This document shows positions 1-9,870 of a stretch of DNA of 64,000 nt, one piece after another; position 1 is the stretch's first letter; each line of letters starts with the position of its first letter. The position numbers and the translations under genes were made by a program. The stretch is taken from assembly GCA_963704885.1 (NCBI GenBank), contig CAVPIB010000004.1, forward strand, positions 864,001-928,000. Direction: 5' to 3'. Source of the DNA: an uncultured Actinomycetes bacterium (GTDB lineage: Bacteria; Actinomycetota; UBA4738; HRBIN12). The notes under the pieces are model-generated. The model had not been told where the DNA came from. It searched no databases and saw nothing but the letters and a program-made list of their open reading frames with translations.

Positions 1-3000
1 TTCGGGTCGATCTTCACTATCCGGTCGTGATACGTGTCGGCCACATAGACGCCGGTGCTGTCGACCGCCAGGCCCCATGGGCCGTCCAGGCCGGCCCCGT
101 CGATCTGTTTGACGACTGTGCCGGTCTTCGTGATCTGGACCACCTGATGGTTGGCGCCCGTTTGATCGCCTATCCACAGGTGGATACCGTCGGGGTCCAG
201 AGCGATCGAGCGGGGATCGTTCCAGCCCGTCGCAGAGACGACCGTCACGTTGCGCGCCGCGTCGATCCTAACGACGCGGCTGTTGCCGGAGTCCGCGACG
301 TACCAGTTGGTTCCGTCGGAGACGCCCCCGCCGGGATACAACGGAGCGACTCCCCCGGGGTTAGAGATCGACCCGTCCGCGGTCACGCTCAGGCTGACTG
401 TGGTCTCGCCGATGCGGAACTTCTGCACCCGGTGGTTGTACGTGTCAGCCACGTACAAGAAGCCATTCGCGGCCACCAAGGAGTGCGGACGGTCGAACTG
501 CCCCTCCGCGCTTCCCAAGTTGCCGAACCCGTCGCCCAGGTCGTTCAGGTTCGCATCGAAGTGACGGATCCGTCCGTTGCCGGTGTCGGCGACCCATATG
601 GAACCGTCGGCCGCGACCGTGATGCCTTCCGGTGCCTTGAGCCCTGCCCCGGCCTGCCCCACGTACTGACCGGTGAGGGTGAACTTCTGGATCCGGTTGT
701 TGTCCGTGTCGGCGACGTAGACGTTGGTGGCACTCGCAGCCACGCCCTGGGGATGCTTCAGTTGACCGTCGCCGATCCCGCCCACACCGATAGGTGCCCC
801 GTAGGTCCCCGTCGAGGGGTCGTATGCGACCACGCGATCCTTCCAGCTGTCGGCGATCCACAGCCTGCCATCGGGGGCGAAGGACAGATCGGTCGGATGG
901 TCGAAGCCGCCGATCTGGGCGCCATCGATCGAGAGGTCGGCTCCCGACAGCCCCGGGTCCCATCGCTGGATGTTGTTCCCGCGCGTGTCCGCGGCCCAGA
1001 CCCGGCCGTCGGCAGCAACCGCAACGGCTTCGGGCCACGAGAACTTGCCCAGTCCGGTGCCACGGCTCCCACCTGAGGAGATGTAATTCCCCACGGAGTC
1101 GAGGGACTGGATGCGCTGGTTGAGACGTTCCATCACGTACACGTTCCCGTTGGGTCCGACGTCGATGCCGTACGGCTGGGCGAATCCCGGAACGGGCGCC
1201 GAGGCTCCCTCGATCGACGACGCATAGGTGCCGTTGGCGTTGAAGACCTCGACGCCATTGCCCCAGAAGTCGAGCCCATACACCTTGCCGGCGCCGTCGA
1301 CAGCTACACGTCGAAGGTGGTTGAACTTGCCGGGCTCGAAACCGGGGACCCCAGGATCGGGACAGGGAGCCGGGTGCGCGGCGCAGCGGCCGCCCCAGGC
1401 GGTCGTGTAGGTCCAGTTGCCGCCGGAGAGGTCGTAGACCACGATCCGGCCCGTGCCCGTGTCCGCGACGTACATCCGGGTCCCCGTCGCGCTCCACACC
1501 ATGTTGTAGGGGAAGTTCAGATCGCCGTCACCGGGACCGCCCAGCGTGACAGCGGGAGTTGGATTCCAATTCCCCGCAGCGTCCGCAACGAACGCCTTGA
1601 TGCGGTGGTTCGAGTAATCCGAGACCCAGATCCGCCCATCGGGACCTCTCGCGGCGTCGCGCGGACCGTTGACGCCGATATCCGGTGACGTCCACTTGAA
1701 CACTCCGTTCGCGTCCCATGCCTTGATGCGGTCCTGGGACGACGAGGAGACCAGGATCTGCTGGTTCACGGGGTCCCACGTAACGCCGATGGGCGTGAAC
1801 AGACAGTCGCTACAGGAACCGGTGGTGCCGCGTGTCCACAGATGGTTGCCGGCGGGATCGAACTTCTGGATCCGGTTGTTCTCCGCGTCGGCGACGTAGA
1901 TGTTGCCCGCCCCATCGAGGGCGGCGTCTCGGGGGCTCTCGAACTGACCGTCGGCCGAGCCGGGCGAACCGAACTCGGACACCTTGGTCCCGTTGAGGCT
2001 GTAGCGCAGGATCCGGTCCAGACCAGTGTCCGCGATAACGAGTTGATTCGTCGTCGCGTCGAAGTCGAAGCCGGACGGGTACATAGCAGCCAATGACGGG
2101 CCAGCCAGCGTGCGGACGATCGGTGCCGGTGCGTCTTGGACGGGGATGTCCCAGGTGAACACATCCACCTGGTCGTTGTAGGTATCGGACACGTACACGA
2201 GGTCACCATCAACCGTGACCTGAGCGGGATGCGCGAATCCACCGTCCGGACCGCTGAAGATCGCGATGACGTCGAAGGTACTGTTCAGGATCACCACACG
2301 GTCGTTGCCCGAGTCGGCCACGTAGATGCGGCCTTGGGCATCGACCGAGACCCCCTCGGGATGATTGAAACCGCGGTCGATGTTGCGTTCGGTCGTGTAG
2401 TTGATTCCGTTGGTCGTGGCAACGACCTTGATCCGGTTGTTGTCCGTGTCGGCGATCAGCAGCCGCCCCGTGACCGGGTGGATCGCGATGCTCTGTGGGT
2501 TCAGCATCTGTCCCCAGTTCGAACCCTTGGATCCGTACGTCCCGATAGCTTGCCGAGTGGCGACGTCGTACGCCACGATCCGGTTGTTCTGAGTGTCAGC
2601 GATGAACGCCTTCCGGTCCGTCTCGCGGATGTCGAGCGCGTACGGCCAGTCCATCTGAGTCAGACCGCTCCCGGCGCCCGTGCCCACGTATTCCACACCG
2701 CTGCAATCGGGGTTGATGATCTGGACCCGGTTCTGCTTCGTGTCGGCGACCCAGATCTGCCCGGTCACGGTGTCGACCTTGAGGCCTCGCGGCCAGTTGA
2801 ACTTTCCGAGGGTGGACCCCTCAGAGGCGCGTTCTCCACAGATCTGCTGTATGTGACCGTCCGAGTCCATGCGGACGAACCGATGGTGAACGGTGTCGAT
2901 GATGTTCAGGATGCCGTCGGGACCTATCCCGATCTGGCGCGGTTCATGGAACACCGAGGTGTCGCTGGAGGCGCCGAGAGGGGCCCCGATCGACTGCGCC

Positions 3001-4046
3001 CAGTCGTAGCTCAAACCCCGTCCGCGGTCGTACCGCTCTACCTGAAACCCCCAGAGGTCGGCCGTCCACACATCGCCGGTTCCGTCGGTGGCCACGGCGA
3101 CGCGACGCATCGTCGTGATCGTCCCCTGTTGGCCCGGCGTGCCTTCCACACCGAACTGCGTTAGGTAGTTTCCGTTCAACGTGAACTCCTGCACCCGGAA
3201 ATTCAGCGCATCCGCCACGAAGAGGACATCCTGATCGAGGACCGGGTCATGAGCGACACGGACGCCGTACGGCGTCCTGAACTGACCGCTGCCGCCACCT
3301 GTGGAACCCCAGAAGCTACAGGCGCCACCCGGCGTGACCTTGGCGATCTGGTTGAAGGAGTACCCAGCCACGTAGATGTTCCCGGCGCTGTCGGCGTCGG
3401 CGTCGCGGATGTCAAAGAAGCTTTGGCATGTGTTGGATCCGTTCGGGTCGTTCTTGATGACCTCGCGAACGACGGACCAGTCGGTTGTGCTAACCGCCAA
3501 CACTCGCTTCCGCCCGGTGTCGGCGACGTAGAGGACGTTGTTGGTGACGCTACCGCCCACCGGGAAGTTGATCTGCAGCGAGGTGCCGGCGCCGTCATAC
3601 GTCGAGAGCCAGCTCCCGTCCTTATCGAGCTTCACTATCCGCGAGTTTCGAGTGTCGATCACCAGAACGTTGCCGAGCGAATCGACCCCCACGTCACGCG
3701 GGTTGTCGAACTGGCCCACGCCCGCGCCCCATGAGCCGATCCGCCAGATCTGGTTGCCGGTCTGGTCGTACTTGACGATCTGGTTGTTCCCAGTGTCGGC
3801 GACCACGAGCGTGTTGTCTATCGCCGACGTCTCGAGTCCGCCCGGGTAGATCTCACTGTGCTGGGGCCCCCCCAGGGTCTTCACGAACAACGGAGGAAGT
3901 CCGGCGTCTGCGCGCGCGGGAGCGGCGAGAGGACCGACCACCGTCAGCAGCGAAACGACGAGCGCTATGACGGCGCCCGAAGCGGTCGCGAGATGGGACC
4001 CTCCCCGCCTGCTGCCGCGGGAGACATGTGCAACGGGCCGAGTCAT
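1..4046 (-). CDS. Giant secreted NHL-repeat (multi beta-propeller) protein, 3' end beyond the window edge
   Basis: Translated manually in several stretches. ATG at 4046 follows GGAGG. The N-terminus MTRPVAHVSRG...VIALVVSLLTVVGPLAAPARA is signal-peptide-like, followed by many NHL repeats (e.g. GQFDNPRDVGVDSLGNVLVIDTRNSRIVK, FESPRDAALDGAGNIYVADAENNRIQKF). The same frame is still open at position 3 (..VYVADTYHDRIVKIDP). It is absent from the ORF track, consistent with no stop inside the window. Confidence 0.9.
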   Translation of the reverse strand, partial: MTRPVAHVSRGSRRGGSHLATASGAVIALVVSLLTVVGPLAAPARADAGLPPLFVKTLGGPQHSEIYPGGLETSAIDNTLVVADTGNNQIVKYDQTGNQIWRIGSWGAGVGQFDNPRDVGVDSLGNVLVIDTRNSRIVKLDKDGSWLSTYDGAGTSLQINFPVGGSVTNNVLYVADTGRKRVLAVSTTDWSVVREVIKNDPNGSNTCQSFFDIRDADADSAGNIYVAGYSFNQIAKVTPGGACSFWGSTGGGSGQFRTPYGVRVAHDPVLDQDVLFVADALNFRVQEFTLNGNYLTQFGVEGTPGQQGTITTMRRVAVATDGTGDVWTADLWGFQVERYDRGRGLSYDWAQSIGAPLGASSDTSVFHEPRQIGIGPDGILNIIDTVHHRFVRMDSDGHIQQICGERASEGSTLGKFNWPRGLKVDTVTGQIWVADTKQNRVQIINPDCSGVEYVGTGAGSGLTQMDWPYALDIRETDRKAFIADTQNNRIVAYDVATRQAIGTYGSKGSNWGQMLNPQSIAIHPVTGRLLIADTDNNRIKVVATTNGINYTTERNIDRGFNHPEGVSVDAQGRIYVADSGNDRVVILNSTFDVIAIFSGPDGGFAHPAQVTVDGDLVYVSDTYNDQVDVFTWDIPVQDAPAPIVRTLAGPSLAAMYPSGFDFDATTNQLVIADTGLDRILRYSLNGTKVSEFGSPGSADGQFESPRDAALDGAGNIYVADAENNRIQKFDPAGNHLWTRGTTGSCSDCLFTPIGVTWDPVNQQILVSSSSQDRIKAWDANGVFKWTSPDIGVNGPRDAARGPDGRIWVSDYSNHRIKAFVADAAGNWNPTPAVTLGGPGDGDLNFPYNMVWSATGTRMYVADTGTGRIVVYDLSGGNWTYTTAWGGRCAAHPAPCPDPGVPGFEPGKFNHLRRVAVDGAGKVYGLDFWGNGVEVFNANGTYASSIEGASAPVPGFAQPYGIDVGPNGNVYVMERLNQRIQSLDSVGNYISSGGSRGTGLGKFSWPEAVAVAADGRVWAADTRGNNIQRWDPGLSGADLSIDGAQIGGFDHPTDLSFAPDGRLWIADSWKDRVVAYDPSTGTYGAPIGVGGIGDGQLKHPQGVAASATNVYVADTDNNRIQKFTLTGQYVGQAGAGLKAPEGITVAADGSIWVADTGNGRIRHFDANLNDLGDGFGNLGSAEGQFDRPHSLVAANGFLYVADTYNHRVQKFRIGETTVSLSVTADGSISNPGGVAPLYPGGGVSDGTNWYVADSGNSRVVRIDAARNVTVVSATGWNDPRSIALDPDGIHLWIGDQTGANHQVVQITKTGTVVKQIDGAGLDGPWGLAVDSTGVYVADTYHDRIVKIDP

Positions 4047-4198
4047 GAGATACGTACCTCCAAAGGCGTGAGGGTGACGCCGGAGAGAACGATCTCCACT
4101 CCTGTCGCGGCCCGCTCCGTACAACAACCGCTAACGGGGATGTCGGGAGCATCGATGACAACGGCGAGCACCGGGTGATGACTTGCTTTCATCGCTCC

Positions 4199-5130
4199 CT
4201 ATCCTCTCTCAACAGATGGGTTACTGCCTTCGGACTTTCGTCGGTGACCTTCGACGTAGGCATAGCGCTCGAGGGTCGGAGCCAGGGCTGCATCGAGCAG
4301 CGCCACGTCGTGGATGCCCAGGTCGGCGCGGTAGGCCTCCTTGCGTCCAGCGTCGAACCGATACCTGCGGAACCCATCCTCGAACGCTGGCGTCCAGTCC
4401 AGGCCGAGGAACAGCAGGATCTGCTCGCGTCCGCTCACGCGGTTCGGCAACGAAGTCCTCATACCGAACGTCGAGCCACTGCCCTGAGGAACCGCGCCTG
4501 CGCGACCTCGAACGCCTCCATCAGGATCCTCCACTCGAGACCGGCAAGGACGGCGAACGACGGTCCGAGTCGTCCCAGACTCTCTCGTACTCCTCGGGCA
4601 GAGGACCCCAACCCCATTCCGCCGGGCCACGGTACCCGCGCCACCAGGGCATCTGTAGGAAGGAGTTCGCCACCGCGCGCCCGTCGCGGATCACATGGAC
4701 GAACCGCGCGTCGGGCACGATCCGCCGCAGGAAACCAGATCGCGGCCAGCCCGTGAACTTGTGGAGGAAGAGAGGCTTGTTCTGCACGCGGGCGCGCTCC
4801 TGGAAGAACCGCCGGGTTCGAACCTCCAGCCAAGGCGTGACGTCTTCAGCCACCAGGTCGCGGACCGGCGTCGACAAGGCGGGAGACACGTCTCGGTTCA
4901 ACGCGTGGTACGCCTCAGAGGGTGCGAACCGCAGCCGGCCCTTGCGCGTGAATCGCTCCGGAACGCGCCGGTAGAGTTCGTTGTTCCACTCTACCCGTCC
5001 ACGCAGGAAGCGGCAGCCGATCCTCGATGTTGGAGACGAAGCCCACGTCGGGGTGACGGGCGATGACCTCGTGAACCAGCGTCGAACCGCAGCGCCCGGT
5101 CCCCAAGACGAACGCGAACTCAGACGTCAT
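4199..5130 (-). pseudogene. Sulfotransferase family protein, split by several frameshifts (possibly sequencing errors)
   Basis: Pieces in three frames: MTSEFAFVLGTGRCGSTLVHE (5'-PSB motif), FVHVIRDGRAVANS (3'-PB motif), WLDVRYEDFVAEP and QILLFLGLDW. Frameshifts lie near 4990, 4560 and 4430-4500. Confidence 0.8.
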
Positions 5131-6007
5131 AGCCGTAGGCCTCCAACCGCTCGGCTTGGATGGCCGTTGATCGTGGCGACCGCGTCGGCGTCGAGCGTGA
5201 CGCGCCAGGCCTCGTTCCGGTCGGGGAATCGAAGCGCAGCGACCGTCTCGCTCCACCCATCGTCGTCCGGCAGACCCGCGAAACTTGCGATACGGGCGAG
5301 GGTCGTCTGCGGACCCTCCACGAACGATTCGTAAGATAGGCGTAGCACCTGCTCGGGTGGGATCAGATCCAGGCCACGCTCCATGACGTCCGAGCTCCTC
5401 CACCCAGTTGCGCGCGCAGAGCTCCCATGGGTCGCCGCCCTCGAGCCGCCCAGTCTTGCGGCGTTCCTCCGTACCACCACACGTTGCTTTCGGGCCACCA
5501 GTCCACTCGCGAGAGTGAGAGCGCGACCGCGCGACCGTCTCGAACCAGGAAACGAACCGCGCCTCTGGGATAGGCGGCCGCCAGGAACGCGATCCGCAGG
5601 TTGTTGGCGATGCGCTTGTTGATGAACACTGATCCACCGGATGCGGTCCGGATGGACAAGAGTACGTGGCGGAGCGCCTGACTTTGTTCCCACATGCCCT
5701 CGGCCTGAAGCTCCACGTCCTGCGTGATGCCGCACGACGTGTAGATCGGCTCGCCCTCCACCGGCATCGGGAACAGCCTGCGCCGCAACGAGCGACGGCC
5801 GCCGTACACGTAGGCGTTCGAGTCCCGACCGAACCAGACCCTCCGGCGCGTCTTCGGCATGGCACGCGCCAGCCTGTTCGCGACAGCGAGACGGGGGAAC
5901 CTTGGGAAGCGTGCCACCCAGTTCGACACGAACGCCGTCTCGGGGTGAAGACACAATGCTTTGTACAGCAGGCTGGTCCCAGAGCGAGCCGGACCCACCA
6001 GGAACAC
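5127..6007 (-). pseudogene. Sulfotransferase family protein, split by several frameshifts (possibly sequencing errors)
   Basis: FLVGPARSGTSLLY and LVRDGRAVALS motifs in ORF 5363-6007. The C-terminal LRLSYESFVEGP lies in another frame ending at 5127. The true start may lie near 6060. Confidence 0.8.
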
Positions 6008-6093
6008 CGGTGCGGTCGAGAGATCGCGCTCGTCTTCCTTAGGTTCTTGCCGATTCGATCACCCGATGCACGCCCCTGCTCCCGGCGTACGGA

Positions 6094-6807
6094 TCAGTAG
6101 GCGCCACGGCCGGTGAGGACCGCCGGCACCGTCTTAGCCAGCAGCTTGAGATCCAGCCCCAGCGACCACGTCTCGATGTATTCGAGATCCATGTCGACCC
6201 ATGTCTGGAAATCGAGATCGGAGCGTCCGCTGACCTGCCAGATGCATGTCACGCCGGGCTTCACCAGCAGCCGTCGCCGCTCCCGCTCCGTGTAGTCCAG
6301 GAACTCCTCGGGGAGCGGCGGACGAGGACCGACCAAACTCATGTCGCCCTTCAACACGTTCAGCAGCTGGGGCATCTCGTCGATCGAGAGCCTCCTTATC
6401 GCGCGGCCGACGGGGGTCACACGCGGGTCATCGCGGATCTTGAAGATCGGGCCTTCGTGCATGTTGTCGAGGATGTGCTCGTGGCGACGATCGTGGGCGT
6501 CGCGATACATGGAGCGGAACTTGATGATCCGGAACGGCTCCCCGCCCCTGCCCACCCTCTGCTGGATATACATCACGGGACCCCGCGATGTGAGCTTGAC
6601 CAGAAGCGCGACCGCCAGGAAGAGCGGCATCAGCATCAGGATCGCGAGCACGCTCACCGTGATGTCGACCGCCCTCTTCAACGCGAGCTGCCACCAAGAG
6701 GCGCCCGGCAGTCCTCGGGCACGGTCGAGTGCGATCGAGGGAACGCCAGGGACGAGCTCGAGGAGCATCTCGCCATCGCTGGGGTCGAGCCGTATCTCCT
6801 GCTCCAT
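6094..6807 (-). CDS. Sugar transferase (Bac_transf; priming polyprenyl-phosphate glycosylphosphotransferase)
   Basis: Motifs KRAVDI, FRIIKFRSM, DDPRVTPVG, DEMPQLLNVLKGDMSLVGPRP and KPGVT..WQVSGRS. ATG at 6807 follows GAGGGAG. Confidence 0.92.
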   Translation of the reverse strand: MEQEIRLDPSDGEMLLELVPGVPSIALDRARGLPGASWWQLALKRAVDITVSVLAILMLMPLFLAVALLVKLTSRGPVMYIQQRVGRGGEPFRIIKFRSMYRDAHDRRHEHILDNMHEGPIFKIRDDPRVTPVGRAIRRLSIDEMPQLLNVLKGDMSLVGPRPPLPEEFLDYTERERRRLLVKPGVTCIWQVSGRSDLDFQTWVDMDLEYIETWSLGLDLKLLAKTVPAVLTGRGAY

Positions 6808-7012
6808 CTTCTCCCTCAGCCTCACGTTCGGTAGCTCGACGGAGGTTCTCCCCCAGCGGAACCAGTCGATATGGGGATTGTCCCGTGTTGGCCGGGTGAT
6901 GCGCTTCCCCCATACGGAGGGATTGCAACTAGTCTCTTCGACCTAATCACTGACTAGAGATTCATACCCCCTAGCGGGCCTACTCGGCAAGCCCGCCACC
7001 CAAGGTAGCGCG

Positions 7013-7942
7013 TCAGGAGGTGCGATCGCGATACGCCTGGTCAAGGCGTGCTTCCAAGTCGTCGCAGAGAGCTTCGATCTCCGGCTCCAGGTCCAGCGGG
7101 GGTGCCGACCGGCGCGAACGGCTGTCGACGTGTGCGATCAGCTTGGGTTGGTAAAGGAGCTCAAGCGCCGAACATAGGGCCCGCATAGCCCGTTCGGGCT
7201 CCTCCACCATCCCGCTGTAGGACGCCAGGACCACATCTGGTCGACGATCCAGCCCCAGGTCGAAGAAGAGCGAGTTCCGCAGGAACCAGAACAGTGCCGC
7301 GGCGCTCTCCGGCGACATCTCATCGAGGTCGAACCGCCGGATGAGCGCGAGCTGTTCGGGTCCCAGGCCCCCCGCCTGCCACATCGCCGCGCCGTCTCCG
7401 GCCGCGATCCGGCGGAGGGCATCTAGGTTGGCGGCTCCGAACTTCTGCACAGCGGAACGGACGCGACCATTGACGTCGCGATACGCCCAGATCGCGCGGC
7501 CGGCACTGGGTGTCCCGAGCTCGTCCAGGATCTGTGCGACCCGGTGCGAGTCGCAGAGCGGCTTGAAGAGGACGTACCGGTGACCGCTCTCCTCCACCAG
7601 ATGCTTGATGACCGGATCGGGGCGCAAGAGGAACCGGTCGAAGGCCGCGTCGTCGTTCTCGTTGCGTACCTCGAACTCGGGCGCGTGCTCCAGACCTCGT
7701 ACCAGCATGTTCGTACCGGACCGTTGGACCCCCACCACGAACACGGGGACAGCGTTCGGCGCCACATCGTGGGAGCGGCGCCAGCGCGCCTTGTGCATCG
7801 CGATCGGGATCCGCTCGAACGGGTTGAGTTGGTCCTCCTCGATCAGGCGACCTACGCCCTGGTTCCGGGCCCAGTGGATGTGGCGCCCGACCCGGCCGAA
7901 CAGGCGTCGCGGACCGGAGCGATCCTGGAGTGGAGTAGGCAC
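7013..7942 (-). CDS. Sulfotransferase-like P-loop protein
   Basis: VFVVGVQRSGTNML 5'-PSB-like motif, WAYRDVNGRVRS and VLASYSGMVEEP; adjacent to two other sulfotransferases. Confidence 0.72.
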   Translation of the reverse strand: MPTPLQDRSGPRRLFGRVGRHIHWARNQGVGRLIEEDQLNPFERIPIAMHKARWRRSHDVAPNAVPVFVVGVQRSGTNMLVRGLEHAPEFEVRNENDDAAFDRFLLRPDPVIKHLVEESGHRYVLFKPLCDSHRVAQILDELGTPSAGRAIWAYRDVNGRVRSAVQKFGAANLDALRRIAAGDGAAMWQAGGLGPEQLALIRRFDLDEMSPESAAALFWFLRNSLFFDLGLDRRPDVVLASYSGMVEEPERAMRALCSALELLYQPKLIAHVDSRSRRSAPPLDLEPEIEALCDDLEARLDQAYRDRTS

Positions 7943-7950
7943 TCGGCCCT

Positions 7951-8742
7951 TCAGGCGGACCGATCCGCGTAGACGAGACCGTTGCGGAGGGCGTACGAGA
8001 CGGCTTCCAACTTGGAATGGACGCCGAGCTTGACCAGGATGCTCTTCACGTGGCTGCGAACGGTTAGCGGGCTGATATGGAGTGCGGCGGCAGTCTCGGA
8101 GGTTGACCGCCCGTGGGTCAGCAGCGCAAGGATCTGGTGTTCGCGAGTGGTCAGGAGGCCGAACGAGCGGCGCGCCTCGCTTTCCCGTCGACGGGACCGC
8201 TGGAGCCGCCCGATCAGGTTCGGCACGTCGGCCAGGGTGATCGCGATCCCACCGTTCGCCACCTGGCGGATGATCGCGACCAATTCGTTCAAAGCGCGGG
8301 TCTTCAGGACGTAGCCGCGAGCGCCGGCTCGGACGGCCGCCGTGATGAAGTCGGCGTCGTCGATGTCGGTCAGAACGATCACCGATGTTCCGGGGGAGGC
8401 ACGACGGATCTCACGGATCCCTCGTCCCCCGTCCAGATCGTGGACCCGCAGGTCGAGCAGGACAACGTCCGGTTGCATCCGGAGACAAGTGGCCACGGCG
8501 GCCCCGACCGTGCTCACCGCGCCGATCGGCTCCAGATCAGGATCGCTCGATAGATGCATAGCCAAGGCATCCGTGAACATGCGTTGTTCGTCCACCAAGA
8601 GCAGACTGATCCCTGAGGGGTTGACGCCGGGCGACCTCGGAGAAGGGTGATCTCGACCGAGCGGGGAGGAAGCTCCCGCCGGGGACGTGGGGATGACGGG
8701 CATGACTCGTCGAGTCTGACCCAGACCACGTGCGAACGTCAA
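7951..8742 (-). CDS. NarL/LuxR-family response regulator
   Basis: Receiver domain (LLVDEQ, PDVVLLDL, GARGYVLKT) plus LuxR HTH (LTTREHQIL..ISPLTVRSHVKSILVKLGVHSK). The start is uncertain and may be ATG at 8703. Confidence 0.9.
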   Translation of the reverse strand: MTFARGLGQTRRVMPVIPTSPAGASSPLGRDHPSPRSPGVNPSGISLLLVDEQRMFTDALAMHLSSDPDLEPIGAVSTVGAAVATCLRMQPDVVLLDLRVHDLDGGRGIREIRRASPGTSVIVLTDIDDADFITAAVRAGARGYVLKTRALNELVAIIRQVANGGIAITLADVPNLIGRLQRSRRRESEARRSFGLLTTREHQILALLTHGRSTSETAAALHISPLTVRSHVKSILVKLGVHSKLEAVSYALRNGLVYADRSA

Positions 8743-8785
8743 TCCACCGTTAGCGGCTCGGGCGCTCGCCGTCGCTCCCCCTTCC

Positions 8786-9807
8786 TCAGGCTGCCGAGGC
8801 CTCCAGGTCCACCGAGTAGTCGCCGTCGCGTGCCAGGCCGTTCATGCGCGCGCGGTGCGCCAGGGCGCGCTGAGCCGCCTGAACGTTCGCCGGATCCCCA
8901 CCCCACGCGGCAAGGGCCGGCGCCTGAAGAGCTCGCCCGTAGGAGAACGACAGCTCCCACGGATGAGGACCCATGGTGTTCATCTCGTTCAGATGGATGG
9001 TGGCGTCCTGGTCGGACTGCCCACCCGACAGGAACACGATGCCTGGTACGTCCTCCGGGACGTTCGCCGTCAGGCAGCGGACCGTGGCCTCGGCCACCTG
9101 GGGTGGTTCGCGCGCGCCGAGGCGTCCGCGCCCGAAAGGACCATGTTGACCTTGAGGAGCGACCCCGGCAGATCCACCCGCGCGTCCGCGAGCTGCTCGT
9201 AGAGAGCCAGGAGCGTTCGCTGCGTCGCGTCCTCGCAGGCGTCGATCGAGTGGTCGCCATCCATCAGCACCTCTGGCTCCACGATCGGCACGATGGCGGC
9301 CTCCTGACACAGCGCCGCGTATCGCGCCATGGCGTGGGCGTTCGCGCGGATCGCCGATCCCGTGGGGAGGTCTTGGCCGCAGAAGACCGTGGCCCGCCAC
9401 TTCGCGAACCGAGCGCCCAACTCCCGGTACTCAGCGAGCCGCTCCCGCAGCCCGTCCAAACCCTCTGTGACGGTCTCGCCCGGGTAGCCCGCCAGCGACT
9501 TCGCGCCGGTGTCCACCTTGATCCCAGGGATCATGCCCGCCGCGGCCAGTTGCTCCGGGAACGGCGTGCCGTCTTGCGCGGCCTGGCGGATCGTCTCATC
9601 GAACAGGATCACGCCGCTCACATGATCGGCCAAGCCCGGTGTGGTGAACAACAGATCTCGGTAGGCGCGACGGTTGTCCTTGGTCGACTCGACGCCGATC
9701 GAGTCGAACCGCTTCTTGATCGTCCCGCTGCTCTCGTCCGCGGCCAGGATCCCCTTGCCGGGGCCGACCAGCTCACGCGCTGTCGCGCGCAGCGTCTCGG
9801 TGTCCAT
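8786..9807 (-). CDS. Class I fructose-bisphosphate aldolase (one frameshift near 9100)
   Basis: GKGILAADES, PGIKVDTG, FAKWR, VPIVEPEVL and LLKVNMV in one frame. PGIVFLSGGQS and LSFSYGRALQ continue in a second frame. Confidence 0.9.
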
Positions 9808-9870
9808 GGATGTCCTCCTTAGAAGGTATGGCTCGAACGCGCGTGCCTCGACCGTCCGTCTGGATGGAGC

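Noticed and set aside
27-3849. Long plus-strand ORFs (27-1076, 2136-3164 etc.) and minus-strand ORF 445-1497
   Set aside because: Shadow frames of the real minus-strand NHL gene; no recognisable motifs. Stops are scarce in high-GC DNA.
8786-9807. Programmed frameshifting in fba, and likewise in the DAO, DUF4325 and rpfB-like genes
   Set aside because: No clear slippery heptamer or stimulator seen. Scattered single indels across unrelated genes fit assembly errors better.
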